Source of the DNA: Psammoneis japonica
Taxonomy: Eukaryota
Direction: 5' to 3'
DNA length: 64,000 bases
Assembly: GCA_008632985.1 (NCBI GenBank)
Contig: QPGO01000137.1
Span: forward strand, 62,001-126,000
Under the pieces are notes generated by a model that saw only the letters and a program-made list of their open reading frames with translations, did no database searches and was not told the DNA's origin. Below are positions 50,180 through 60,745 of the stretch, one piece after another. The position numbers and the translations under genes were made by a program. Every line of letters begins with the position of its first letter. Position 1 is the stretch's first letter.

Positions 50180-51600
50180 AACTCAGCCAATCAAAAATAA
50201 AGTCTTCACTTTTGGGACACTGCACTTGACACCCAGCAGACTCTGAGCAAGCCTTGCTGCCCCATCACTGGCAGACACAATGAGAGCAGAACATCTGCGC
50301 TCGCCAGCTTTGTGAGACAATTGGCAAATTGCTCCTTTGTGTTGATGGGATGGGCAGAGATTTCTCCCTTGGACACATGGTCTCTGAAGTGATGCAGCTT
50401 TGCATTCAAGTGTTTGTTTCTTGGACAGCAGCATTTGTGGGTCCTTGCAATTCAAAAGCTCTGCTGTTGCCCTCAAACACACAACAATGAACCATCTGCT
50501 TGCAGGTGTGCACCAGGAGCCTGTTGTGCTTCATTTCCTTGAGCAACTGCATGACAGGAACTTTGCTTCTCAATGCATGTGATGAGCCAGTGTCTGGCTT
50601 GTTTCTGCCTGCACAGATTCCAACTCAGGTGTGGTGCAGCATGCATGCAGACAAAAGGTCATTTTTGTCATGCCCTTTGTGACATTCAAAGGCTGCAACA
50701 CGTCGCCGTGATGCATTGGCTCTTGTTGGCAGCTGTGTGTTGCACTCCTCCCCATGTGTCACGCGTCCATGCGGCTCTTTGCCAACGTGCACTGACACTG
50801 CACAGTTTTGGCAGAACAGTGTGGGTGTGCACGAAGGAACACACAGAACTGCACAGAGTTTTGTGCGTTCGACAGTGATCAACGTTGCTGCAGACAACTC
50901 CCACTCAGGGTTTCGAACCCCCAGCCTCCTGCCTGATGGTTGCGATGAACCACTCCGCTGTGAATTCACAACGCAGCATGCATGCAGACAAAAGGTTGTT
51001 TTTGTCACGCCCTTTGTGACATTTAAAGGCTGCAACACGTCGCCGTGATGCATTGACTCTTGTTGGCAGCTGTGTGTTGCAGCGGCACAAAGTCCTTCAA
51101 ATTTTCTTCACCAACCTCAAACCCCTTTGGTGTTTGCACATAAATCTTGCACTCTGCTGGAGCCTGTGGGAAAGCCAAAACATGATCCAGCTGCTTGGCG
51201 TGCCAGTTGTGCACTGCTGTCATGGCAAATGGCATGGCGCTGAGTTCCGGGATGCCGCTGGGGCACATGTTTTGCCGCTGTGGACCCCTTCTCTCATTCT
51301 GGATCTTTCTGTGTTCAGTCTTGCCTTCCATTTCTTGACAGCATGGGCAAGGACATCCCACTTTCATTTCATCTGCTGCGCAGCTGGGGAAGTGTCTTTT
51401 TTTTGTCAGCCACTGCTGATCTTGGAACATTGGCAAAATTTTCATTTTTCATTTGTGCCTCAACCTCTTTGCACATTGCCTTGATGAGTTCCTTGCAAAT
51501 CTTGTTGTTTCATCACTTGGTGTGTTGTGTGCATGGTGTTGGGGACTGTTGGAGCTTTGCACATGTCAGAAGAGCACAGGATTGGTGTCATCCAAGATGG
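50180..51600 (-). mobile_element. Ty1/copia RT-RNase H relic of another lineage, interrupted
   Basis: WHAKQLDHVLAFPQAPAECKIYVQTPKGFE (RT) and KHLNAKLHHFRDHV...INTKEQFANCLTK (RNase H C-terminus). Confidence 0.8.
50636..51081 (+). repeat. About 109 bp direct repeat pair (50636-50744 and 50973-51081), possibly LTR-derived
   Basis: Near-identical copies 337 bp apart. Differences include ATTTAAAG/ATTCAAAG and GTCACGCC/GTCATGCC. Confidence 0.8.
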
Positions 51601-51749
51601 GTGATTCATCATGATGCACAGAGAAATGGCTGCTGGCAAAAATGTCTCTCCCTCAATGCCCCCTTTGGCATCTGCACTGAGCTCAGCTGCCATTGCTTGT
51701 GCCAGCCACTCAACTGGTCAGCTCTGTCACACCCTGATCTTGTGCTCAC

Positions 51750-52430
51750 CTCTTGTGTCCTTCTTGGCACTCTGGGCAGATCAGACTTGCCCTCCTGCTG
51801 TGGAGGTTCTTCTTTTGCGGCCCTCAACAACCTGGAGGTCCTGAGTGCTGATGCACAGAATGCCCATCTGAGTGCACACACCAAGGAAAAGTGTTGCACT
51901 GCTGCTGGACTGGGGTTTGGTGAGCAGAATGAAGGAAGGCCAGCCACAATTGTCCCAGCCTTGCAGGGACTCAAGTTGTCAGGTGCACAATTCCAAGAAC
52001 ATGTGGTGGCAACTTTGCATGAGACAGTGGATTTGAGTCATGCAGAGCAGATCCAGATGTCTGGATGAGGCCTGCAGTTGAGCCAGATGGCTTCAAGTGC
52101 TGGGAGCATGCACTTGTTCATGTGTGGACAATTCACCATGCATCTCCCATGAACCTCCAAAAGTCATGGACTGTGTGAGCTCTGGGTGCACATTGAAGGA
52201 TGGAAGTGTCTGCAAACCAGAAGAGCACCTGGGTGCACAGATCAGAAAATGTCAGCTGTCTGATGCAGAGGGTGAGATGTGCTGGGCCATGTCCTCTAAC
52301 TTGCACATTGAAAGGGCATTGGCTGATGTTGAAGTGGAGCTCAAGAAAACTGGGGGGCACCTTCCGACAAAGGCACTCACATTCTTGAGCTCAGGACACA
52401 GGCCTGAACTGGACAGTTCACTGGAGCTGG
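51750..52430 (+). mobile_element. Copia RT fragment, close relative of 26520-27100
   Basis: Long near-identical stretch CATGAACCTCCAAAAGTCATGGACTGTGTGAGCTCTGGG...GAGCTCAGGACA in both places. Confidence 0.85.
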
Positions 52431-52479
52431 CTTGTTTGGAGCCAACATCCAATCCATGGCCTGCAAATCCTCAAGGAAT

Positions 52480-54000
52480 CAAGGAACCACCTGCACCAGA
52501 GGGAGCTTGCAGGTCCTTGAGATTGCTCTGTAAGACCTCCACTTGCACACCAAGCTTGTTGGCCTCCCAGCCCAGATTTTGCTCATGCTTCTGTCCATGG
52601 TCTGGATCTGATTCTGGACTGCCTCCAACTTGTCCATGACAGTTGTTGCACCTCCAGCTCCAACCGCATTTGCATTGCCCACACCCTGGGCTTCAAGGTC
52701 AACTGGCTGATTCACCACTCATCAGAGCTGTCCACCCATTTCACATTTGAAGGCACCAAACTTGGCCTCTGACACCTTGTTGCATGCCTCATGAAAGATG
52801 CCTGGAACCTGATGCTTCAAACCCTTGGCCCATGCTGACACCACTCTGGTGAGCTGGTTCTCCAGTTTTACCCTGGCTTGCACCATGCCAGATTGCCTCC
52901 TGCACAGCTCCTGGGGGTGCTTCTCCAGTCACCCAAGCAGTCAAATTTGCCACTGCACCCCACAGGGTGGGGGCAACAATGTCAGACAAGAGACTGGGAG
53001 GTGGCTTGCCCACTGTGGCTTCAAGTTGCTCAACCTTCCTGCCCACCATCACCAGGGTTTGTTCTGAATCCTCTGCAGACTCCCATGCAAAGGTGCTCAG
53101 ATCAACCACTGCTTTCCCAACCTCAGTGAGAGCTGGCTCCATCCTTGAGATGACATGCCCCAGAGTCCTCACATCCTTGGTGAGCCAGTCTGAAGAACTG
53201 CACATGAGGCGCTGATGCAGGGTGAACTCTCCAATGGGGTCAGAGTCATCCCCATGCACTCCTTCCCACTTGCTGTCCTTTTTCCTCAGAGTTTTGAAGT
53301 CAGAAGCTTTGCAAAACTGGGCCGCTGGCTCCTTCACTCCCACCCTGGTGGCCATGTCTTTTGCCTCTGTCACTGCTGGGAAATGCTGGTGCCACTCGAG
53401 CAAAGCCTTCCCACTTGCCAAGCAGGTTGGACAAAATCTTGGCCACCTTGACTGTGGGGTCCACAAACCCAGTGTCCATGGACTTCAAGATGACCACATG
53501 CCCTTGGTTTGGGACAACCATGGCACCACCCTTGTAATTGACAAGGCACTCTGCTGCACATTTCAAACAAAAGGTTGCCCCGACTCCCTTGATGCCCAAA
53601 CACTTGCCATCTTGGGAGGAAACAAACACAACTTTGTGACCAGGAACTGCGGGTGACTGCTGGGATGCACCTTTTCCTGAGTCACCATTGGGGAACCCAA
53701 AATGCCTGGGCTCAGATCTAATGAATTAGAGGGCAGTGCTGTTCCGCCCAATGTCTCTTTGGCTGAAGTGCCCACAGCAACATCGTCCTCAAAAACAGGA
53801 CACCTCCGGAATGACCCGGAGGATCTTCCTCCTCCAGCGATGCTTCTCCAAGTTCTGTCTTGTCAACTGGCTCAACCACCACTTCAATGTCATCAGAATG
53901 ACCCTCGGAAGTGAGCCCCGAGTTCAATGACTGAGCAGCATGACCCACCCACCCACCCGCCCCTCTCCCGATGCCCGTGCGTGGGTTCTTGCAAAAGAGA
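52480..54000 (-). pseudogene. Relic ORF, possibly gag-like ORF1 of a tyrosine-recombinase (DIRS/Ngaro-type) retroelement
   Basis: Fragments CLGIKGVGATFCLK..AECLV and IVAPTLWGAVANL with a coiled-coil-like end. The family assignment is from memory only. Confidence 0.3.
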
Positions 54001-54791
54001 AGAATGAGAAGAGTGAGATGAGAGCAGTGCAGGGATGCAACCCTCATCCTCAAGTTGACACCCAATGACAAGGAACACATCATCATTGAAACCATCTTTT
54101 GAAGAAATCAGACACAGGAGAGAACAGCCAGAGAGAGAAAGAGAAAATTTCAACTTTGTTGGCTTCGCTTGATCCAGCCATGCTGATCCAGGCGTTCATG
54201 TCTCAAAAGAGCTGGAAGAGGCTGAAGTGGCCTCCATTGAAGCTCACATGAATGCTTGGGGGGGGCTTGGGGGGGGGGGGGGGACCCTTGCATTCATGGG
54301 ATGACGAAGGTTCGGTTTGTCACAATTGCGAGGACCAGGATCAGCCTCCGAAGATCAGGCGGGCGTGCTCTTGGAGCATCGTCTCCATCTATCCATCTAC
54401 TTGAACATCCATCTGTCTACTCTCTAGCTGGCAGAGAGTAGCTGGAGAGGGCCCTGCCGCTGTCTAAACTACTTGGGTGCCGCACCACGAACATGAAAGA
54501 GGGAGTCCGGTGTACGTGTGTGCAGCACGTACCGCACAGTCGTCTGCTCTCTATCTGCTCTACTGTGGCAGCTACAGCAGTGCAGTGCATGGAGCCAGCT
54601 AGCCACTCTAGCTAGCCAGGGCCTAGAGAGTAGCTGCTGCCACTCTCTCTAGAGCAGTGGCCAGTCATGTGCTCCTCTGTGCCACCCAAACTAAAGAGTC
54701 AATGCTGCAGGCCTAGACATGTGTTTCTCTTGTCTCATGCTGCACAAATCAATGCTTCTGCTATCCTCCACGAGTCACGAGCGACATCCCA

Positions 54792-55292
54792 CTATAAAAA
54801 ATATGAACACATTTTATGAATCTCCCTCGAAAATGCCAACTGCGCCTTGGCAGGCGAACTGGCTTGCGCATCCACCATGTGCTGCTGCACAAGCTCCAAA
54901 AAGTCGTCGCATTCCTCGGCAGCGTTCACAATGGACACTCCGGGCTGCGAAAAGACAATCTCGTGCTTGGCATCGGAGTCCGCCATTTTGATGTGAATCT
55001 TGCACACGCTTTCCTTCTTTCTACTTCCGAGCCATCTGTCACCAGGAACCTTGGCCTTGGCAATGTCACACGAATTGATGTGACGCGGGGTGCTTTTGCC
55101 CGACACGCTGCGAATCAACAGGCGCTTCGTCGTCAAGGAAATGAGGACGCGCTCGTCTTTCCCCAAACGGCGATGGAGCGCTTGAGTTCCTTCTCGCCGG
55201 AGGTGCTTCGGGTAATTCAAGGACAGCCAACATGGCATTTTAGGTACACGATGGTTGTATGAGAAGAGAAATTTCAAATGATATGAGTCCAA
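54792..55292 (-). CDS. Coding fragment of unknown function (possible PH-like fold)
   Basis: 166 aa ORF with protein-like composition and CpG retained; no clear start and no RbgA similarity. Confidence 0.35.
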   Translation of the reverse strand: MDSYHLKFLFSYNHRVPKMPCWLSLNYPKHLRREGTQALHRRLGKDERVLISLTTKRLLIRSVSGKSTPRHINSCDIAKAKVPGDRWLGSRKKESVCKIHIKMADSDAKHEIVFSQPGVSIVNAAEECDDFLELVQQHMVDAQASSPAKAQLAFSREIHKMCSYFL

Positions 55293-55399
55293 TGTAGCGC
55301 CTCTCCGGATTGCATTGATCGCGGTCCTCGGGAAAAATGTGAGCGCATGGGTTGTGCCTTATCCAGAACCTAGGATAATAAAATTTTTTGAAATCTGAA

Positions 55400-56242
55400 C
55401 GGCTTTTCATCATAAGCCAAGACTAACGCAGCATCTTGGTCCTCCATGTTTGCGGGGATAATACCTGGACTATCCCGTCGTTCCTTAGGCCACGTCGTTG
55501 ACGTCGCTTCTGAACATAGCGCCCGCCTTGTAAGTGACTTTGGTAAGGGCAAAAATCCCCTGTCCCTGTTTGGCGTTGACAGATAAGACCGAGTGAAACG
55601 GCGACACACTACTCGAGTTTGGTGTCTTGTAGTTACCGCCCTTGGTTTGTTGATATTTTGCTTGCTGCGCTTGATTGGCTACTTGTGCATTGACCTCTCC
55701 ATCCCATCGCTCGACACCTAATGGACAGCGGAGACACTTGATCGGCATGGGTCAATACAACAATACGAGGTTTGCCCGAACACCACTCTGCCACACGCGG
55801 ATCAGACGTGGCTTGTACCGCACGAGCATCCCGCGCTTCGACAATGACATCCACGGCTCGTAGCATTTCCGCCAATTGACGTTCCGCCTTGGAAATGTGA
55901 CTGGGATACCAATTTGCAGAGGGAAGCTTGTATCCAGAACGCTCGTAAATGGCGTCTCCTTCGCTACTTTGAGTGGGCGTGTCGCTGTAGAGCCGAGATG
56001 TTTGTAGCGCAGATTTCTCGGCGAACGGGTGTTCTTCTGCTCACTGAAAATGCACGGAAAAAACAGCTTGGTATACTTCTTGCTGAGCCAGCCATTGTTT
56101 GTGGTGAATACATCAAGCCTTGAGTGACTACGCGGATAGAAGCAGTACCGCGATGTTTGTTCTGCACAATGTTCTCTGGCGTGATGAAACCATGAGCTTT
56201 GCGAGCTGCAAAAGAGGACCAAAACTTGCTCTTCTTCTTCAA
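55400..56242 (-). pseudogene. RbgA/YlqF-family circularly permuted GTPase, frameshifted and lacking the P-loop segment
   Basis: WYPSHISKAERQLAEMLRAVDVIVEARDAR, KPRIVVLTHAD, VNAKQGQGI, then the RRG region joined directly to DSPGIIP. GxPNVGKS is absent. Confidence 0.7.
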
Positions 56243-56589
56243 AGTTTTAGAGACTTTATTATCGAAGAATAAACAATGATCAACAGCTCAACGCATAACG
56301 CACCCTTGAATGAAATTTTGTCCAAATGCCAGGGTGCATGTCAATTTTGTCAACGCACCCGCTCAATGTTTTTTTCAATTTTCTCTTGTCATTCGGTCAG
56401 TAACACGAGAACTTAGAATGCTTACTTCATGCTTGTATACTCGACTCAGTTTCAAAATTTCGAAAACCAGACCCAACGTCCCTGTACAGTAGATCCTTTC
56501 CCCCTACCGTATCTTGCCCGTGTTCTTATGGGCTCACAATATATTGCCAAAGGTGCAACAAGAAGAAGTTTACACAGCAGCATCGCACA

Positions 56590-57711
56590 ATGCGGTTCAT
56601 CTTACCGGCGGTTAATCTCATCATCACCCTCTTGTGCCTCACGCCTCGGGCTGTTGAAGCGAACGAGGCTGGCGTAATAAATCTATGTGACTTCTGTTCT
56701 ACGGCACCCCTTTGCTTCGGTAGTGAGGGTTTTTGCAACTTTCAAGAGCAATGCTGCACAATAACTACACCCTTTTCGGTGTGCAGACAGAATGCTCGGG
56801 ACGACTGTGAAAATACCGCAAGTCGTTGCAATCGAAGGTGCGATCGCATTGCAACACGTTCGGCTCGCTTTGCGTGTCAAACACAGTGTGCTGCCAACGA
56901 GAGAGACTGCCAAACGTCTGTTTCTAGGTGCAGCACATGCGCGTGCTTGCTTGTTGGTGAAGGCTGTGGAGATCAATGCGATTCTCGCCGCCTCAATCAG
57001 GAAGCGCGACACCGTCTTCAACTTGAGGAGCCCAACGATGTTAGTGACGAGTGTTTACAAAAGCCCCACATCACCAGTGTCGGTTTTGATGAGGGCCACC
57101 TTTCTATCTTTGCCCTGCCCGAAGATTGGCCTGAAGGAAAGGAACTTGAAGATGCCACGGATGGGGACTGCTTGCCCCTTGTCTTCCACCAGGCCTTTAC
57201 ATCGGAGAAGCAGATGCTTCCACGAAGCCCCAACTCGTATCTTGACGGAGCCTTGTTTCCATTGGGAAGATACAAGTTGGTTGATGTTTTGGAAGCTTAC
57301 GACAAGTTTGACACTGCTGATTCGGAATGGGATGTTGTCACAAACAACTGCGCAAACCTTGTCCTTGAGATAATGTTCTCCCTTGGCCTTGAAGCTGAGG
57401 ATGCGGGACTTGACTGGATCAAAGCCCAACTAATGTCCACAGATGTAAATATCAGGAAAGTACTACAGTGGGTTTTGGAGAGTCCAAACTTTGACTTGTT
57501 GGAATTTGATGAAGAAGATGACCCCGATACAATCGAGGAGCAGGTGATTGAAGCCTTGGTGGACACCTACGTTGACAACTATAAGTCAACGAAAGGCAAG
57601 GGCAAGGGCAAGAAGTCATCCAAGAAGTCCGGGAAGGGAGGGAAGTTATCCAAGACGTCATCCAAGAAGTCCGGGAAGGGAGGAAAGGGAGAAAAGGGAA
57701 AGAAAGTGTAA
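56590..57711 (+). CDS. Secreted protein: Cys-rich N-domain, RRL motif, putative permuted papain-like (PPPDE-type) domain, Lys/Ser/Gly-rich silaffin-like tail
   Basis: Signal peptide; densely spaced Cys; SRRLNQ and HRLQ; GHLSIF...WDVVTNNCANLV; tail KKSSKKSGKGGK repeated. Confidence 0.85.
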   Translation: MRFILPAVNLIITLLCLTPRAVEANEAGVINLCDFCSTAPLCFGSEGFCNFQEQCCTITTPFSVCRQNARDDCENTASRCNRRCDRIATRSARFACQTQCAANERDCQTSVSRCSTCACLLVGEGCGDQCDSRRLNQEARHRLQLEEPNDVSDECLQKPHITSVGFDEGHLSIFALPEDWPEGKELEDATDGDCLPLVFHQAFTSEKQMLPRSPNSYLDGALFPLGRYKLVDVLEAYDKFDTADSEWDVVTNNCANLVLEIMFSLGLEAEDAGLDWIKAQLMSTDVNIRKVLQWVLESPNFDLLEFDEEDDPDTIEEQVIEALVDTYVDNYKSTKGKGKGKKSSKKSGKGGKLSKTSSKKSGKGGKGEKGKKV

Positions 57712-58169
57712 AGAAAAATGGAACCGGGGAACATGGTGCCATGCTGTGGTTGGGGCAAATTGTTGTCGCGTAATCTCAAAGTTGGATCATGCCTTCGCTC
57801 TTGTAGTGCGGATGTGGCAATCCGTGTACAAGTCTATGCTCCTGTAGCACATAGCAGCACAGAACAATTTTCTGTTAATCGCGCGATAGGTGTCGTTTCA
57901 CTTCATCCTCTCTAGACAGTAGAGAAGCGCTTACTGGCATTGACTTTGATTTCTAGAGAAGCTGTCAGCTTCGACCATAGCTAGATGGTCTTACAAATAT
58001 TCAGTTCACTCCCCTGTTGACGGTCTTGGAGTCTTCGGCATGAATGAGAAGCGAAGCAGTTACCAAGAACGCTTTGAGATCCACTGCACTCTGTTGATGC
58101 TTCTGAAAAAAAGCCAATGACCAGGACTCAGTTTTCTTACAACAGCATTCTGTAGACAAGCTGCGGTTT

Positions 58170-58990
58170 CACAAATGGCCATGGCACAATCTTCACCAGG
58201 CAAGGTGGCATTGTGTTGGCATGTTGGCAAGAATTTCTTGAAAAACAACAAGAGTGTGACTCGGGTCAATGTGCAACCAGAACCATTGCCACAGTTTCTC
58301 TTTTGAGGTCTTTCAAGGAGGCTGACAGTGGGGCCACCCATGCAGATTGGCTTTGTGTCATCAAGTGTTTCACTGTGGCTCTTTAGATTTTTGAGAATCA
58401 CAAACATGTCATCTCTGCCAGTGTGAAAATGGTCACTTTCATCCAGACAGTGGTTGTGTGCACAAGCCCACACACTTTGAACCTTTTGCCACATGTTGAT
58501 GTGTGCTTCTGGGCCCAAATGGGTCAAATCAACATCTCTGACCTGTGGGTCCATTGTGTTGAATGCCACCACAAAGCTGTCACACCTGCAAACCCATGTT
58601 TCCCAAACAGCTTGCAAAACTCCTGTCAACTCAAAAGCGCACACTCCATGCAGAGCAATTTCCACTCATTTGTTGCAGACATGACAATTTTCTTGAGTGC
58701 CTTGCAAGCATTCATGCTCCCCTCTGTGCCCAACCCAGGGCTCTGTCAGTGCTTGTTGGAAATCATGTTTGCTGAACAGGAATGAAAGAAAGTTGCATCA
58801 CAAGCATGCCTCACCTTGCCTTGTTGATCTCTGGCACCACCATGAGGACAAGTCTCCATGGGCAGCTCTTGGAGAGAGCAGATGACTTGTTGTTGACTCG
58901 CTGGTTTCTTGCACAGCTCTGTGTCTGCTTGGGAGCTGTTGTTCCACATGGCTGGTTCCAAGAACATTGCCAGGAGCACCACTGAGCCAA
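58170..58990 (-). pseudogene. Hypermutated partial duplicate of the GT31 gene at 32287-33471
   Basis: Collinear nucleotide match to about 32570-33340. GPEAHINMWQKVQSVWACAHNHCLD versus GPEAYINMWQKVRSMWAYAHDHYLD. Confidence 0.95.
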
Positions 58991-60139
58991 AGAGTTGGTC
59001 TCCAAAAAGTGATTTGGTGATGGCAAGGCTGCGGAAGCTTTGCAGGCCCCCAGTTGCACAGGGGCAGTGGCATGATGGGTGAGGCCAAAATGGTGCCACA
59101 GGGGGGGTCAATGGGTTTTCTCATGTTTGACAAGTGCCAACTCAAGTGCAATTTGACCAACCTCTGTTGTTTTCATGTGACCCCATGTGATTCCTGTGGC
59201 ACCTGCAAAAGCCCAGCAGGAGCTGAGGCATCAATGCGCAGAACTCCCAAATTAACTTTGCTGTCCTGCTCCACAAGTGATGCAGATTGCTCCTGGTTCT
59301 CTAACTTCTGCTTTCCACCCACTGGCCTTCCACATGTGCCCTCTTTTTCAGTGACACCAAATTCTGTGAGATTCTTGTGTCTGCTCTTTTTCTCCCACAG
59401 CGGTCTGGCTTGACTCAATGACAACAAACATTTCTACTTGTGTCTCTCAAAATGCACACATCTTGCAAAAAAACACATTTTCCATTGCCTTTTTCTTCTT
59501 CCCACAACTTTTTGATGTTGCGACAGCTGCTGCCACCTTTTCACAATCCATGACAAACAAATTTGGAGTTGCCACAATGCCCCTTGGGCTTTGATGCATC
59601 CAGTGTTTCCATCTCTTCTTTTCCTCTCAGTTTTGTTGCACACTCTGGAAAATTTTAATTTCCATTGTCCAATTTCTGTTTGCAGTTTCCAGGACATGCT
59701 GCTTTGAACATTGTCTGTTTGCTTGTGGAGCAACTGCAATGGTGCAGATTTGCCATGGGTGGCTCTTTGGCTCCCAAAAGCAAACCCACCATGTGCAGAG
59801 GCTCTGGTCACAGTTGCACAAACAGAAAGCATTTTTAGAATGCAGTCAAGAGCTCAGCCACTGCTGCTCCATCCCCCCAGTGGTGTCATCAGCCCCAATG
59901 GATTTTGCCCTGACTCAACAAGGTTTTGGTGCAGATGGCAATTGCATGGCAGCCAGGGACACATGGCATTTTGTCATGTTTTCAGACAGACCTGATTGTG
60001 CGAGACTCCTTTGCATGGATTGAATCTCTGCAAGACATCAATTGTTCATTGCAGACAATTTGCAACAAATGCATGTGCCAAATGAACATGCAATCAATGA
60101 TTTAAAATTCAACACACACTCAGCAAACATCCACATGTT

Positions 60140-60745
60140 TCAGCAGCACAATTTCATTGTTTGGCAATTCTCCTTTTGCCATGGAGACAAAATTTCTTTC
60201 TCCTTTTGTTGTGGAAACAAAATTTTGTTGTTGACAACAAACAACAACAAACAGTGACAAACGGAGACAAATGCAAAATGACTCATCCAAGACACAACAA
60301 CACAAATGGAGACAGAGACAAAACAGATGGAGACAATGGAGACAAATTGGTCAAAACTGAGACAAAAAATGGGCTCTTTAACTCCATGCTGTGCCACAGC
60401 AGTGCTGGCAGTGCTTGCAGCAGTTTCAATTTATGGCTTGGCAGATGTCGGTGCCGTTGCATGTCCATCTGTCCTGTCATCAATGAATCTGTTGGTTTTG
60501 TCTCCAACTGGCAGGTGCCAGTGCCATCATGTGTCTGTCTGTCCTGTCATTGGTCAATCCGTTGGTTTTGTCTTGGTCTGTCTCATCAGAGACAAGATTT
60601 TCCTGTCTGTCTCCCCACTCATCTCTGTTTGTCTCCATTTGTTGTCGACAACAAAATTTTGTCTCCACCATTTGTCTCACCACAAAATGTGCTCCCATTT
60701 CAAAAACAGAGACAAATCGCCAAACAAAGGAGACTTGCTCACTAA
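60140..60745. mobile_element. Decayed foldback/MITE with GAGACAA subterminal repeats
   Basis: GTGGAAACAAAATTTTGTTGTTGACAACAAA (about 60211) is the reverse complement of TTTGTTGTCGACAACAAAATTTTGTCTCCAC (about 60638). GAGACAA repeats on the left, TTGTCTC on the right. Confidence 0.6.

Larger units (their letters stand above)
34560..54380. other. Hypermutated block E (about 20 kb of nested TEs)
   Basis: TA is nearly absent throughout except in the island at 49586-49980; CG is strongly reduced. Confidence 0.9.

Noticed and set aside
54257..54283. Poly-G runs (also about 46367-46381) as functional G-quadruplexes
   Set aside because: They are homopolymers in decayed TE sequence with unreliable length and no supporting context.
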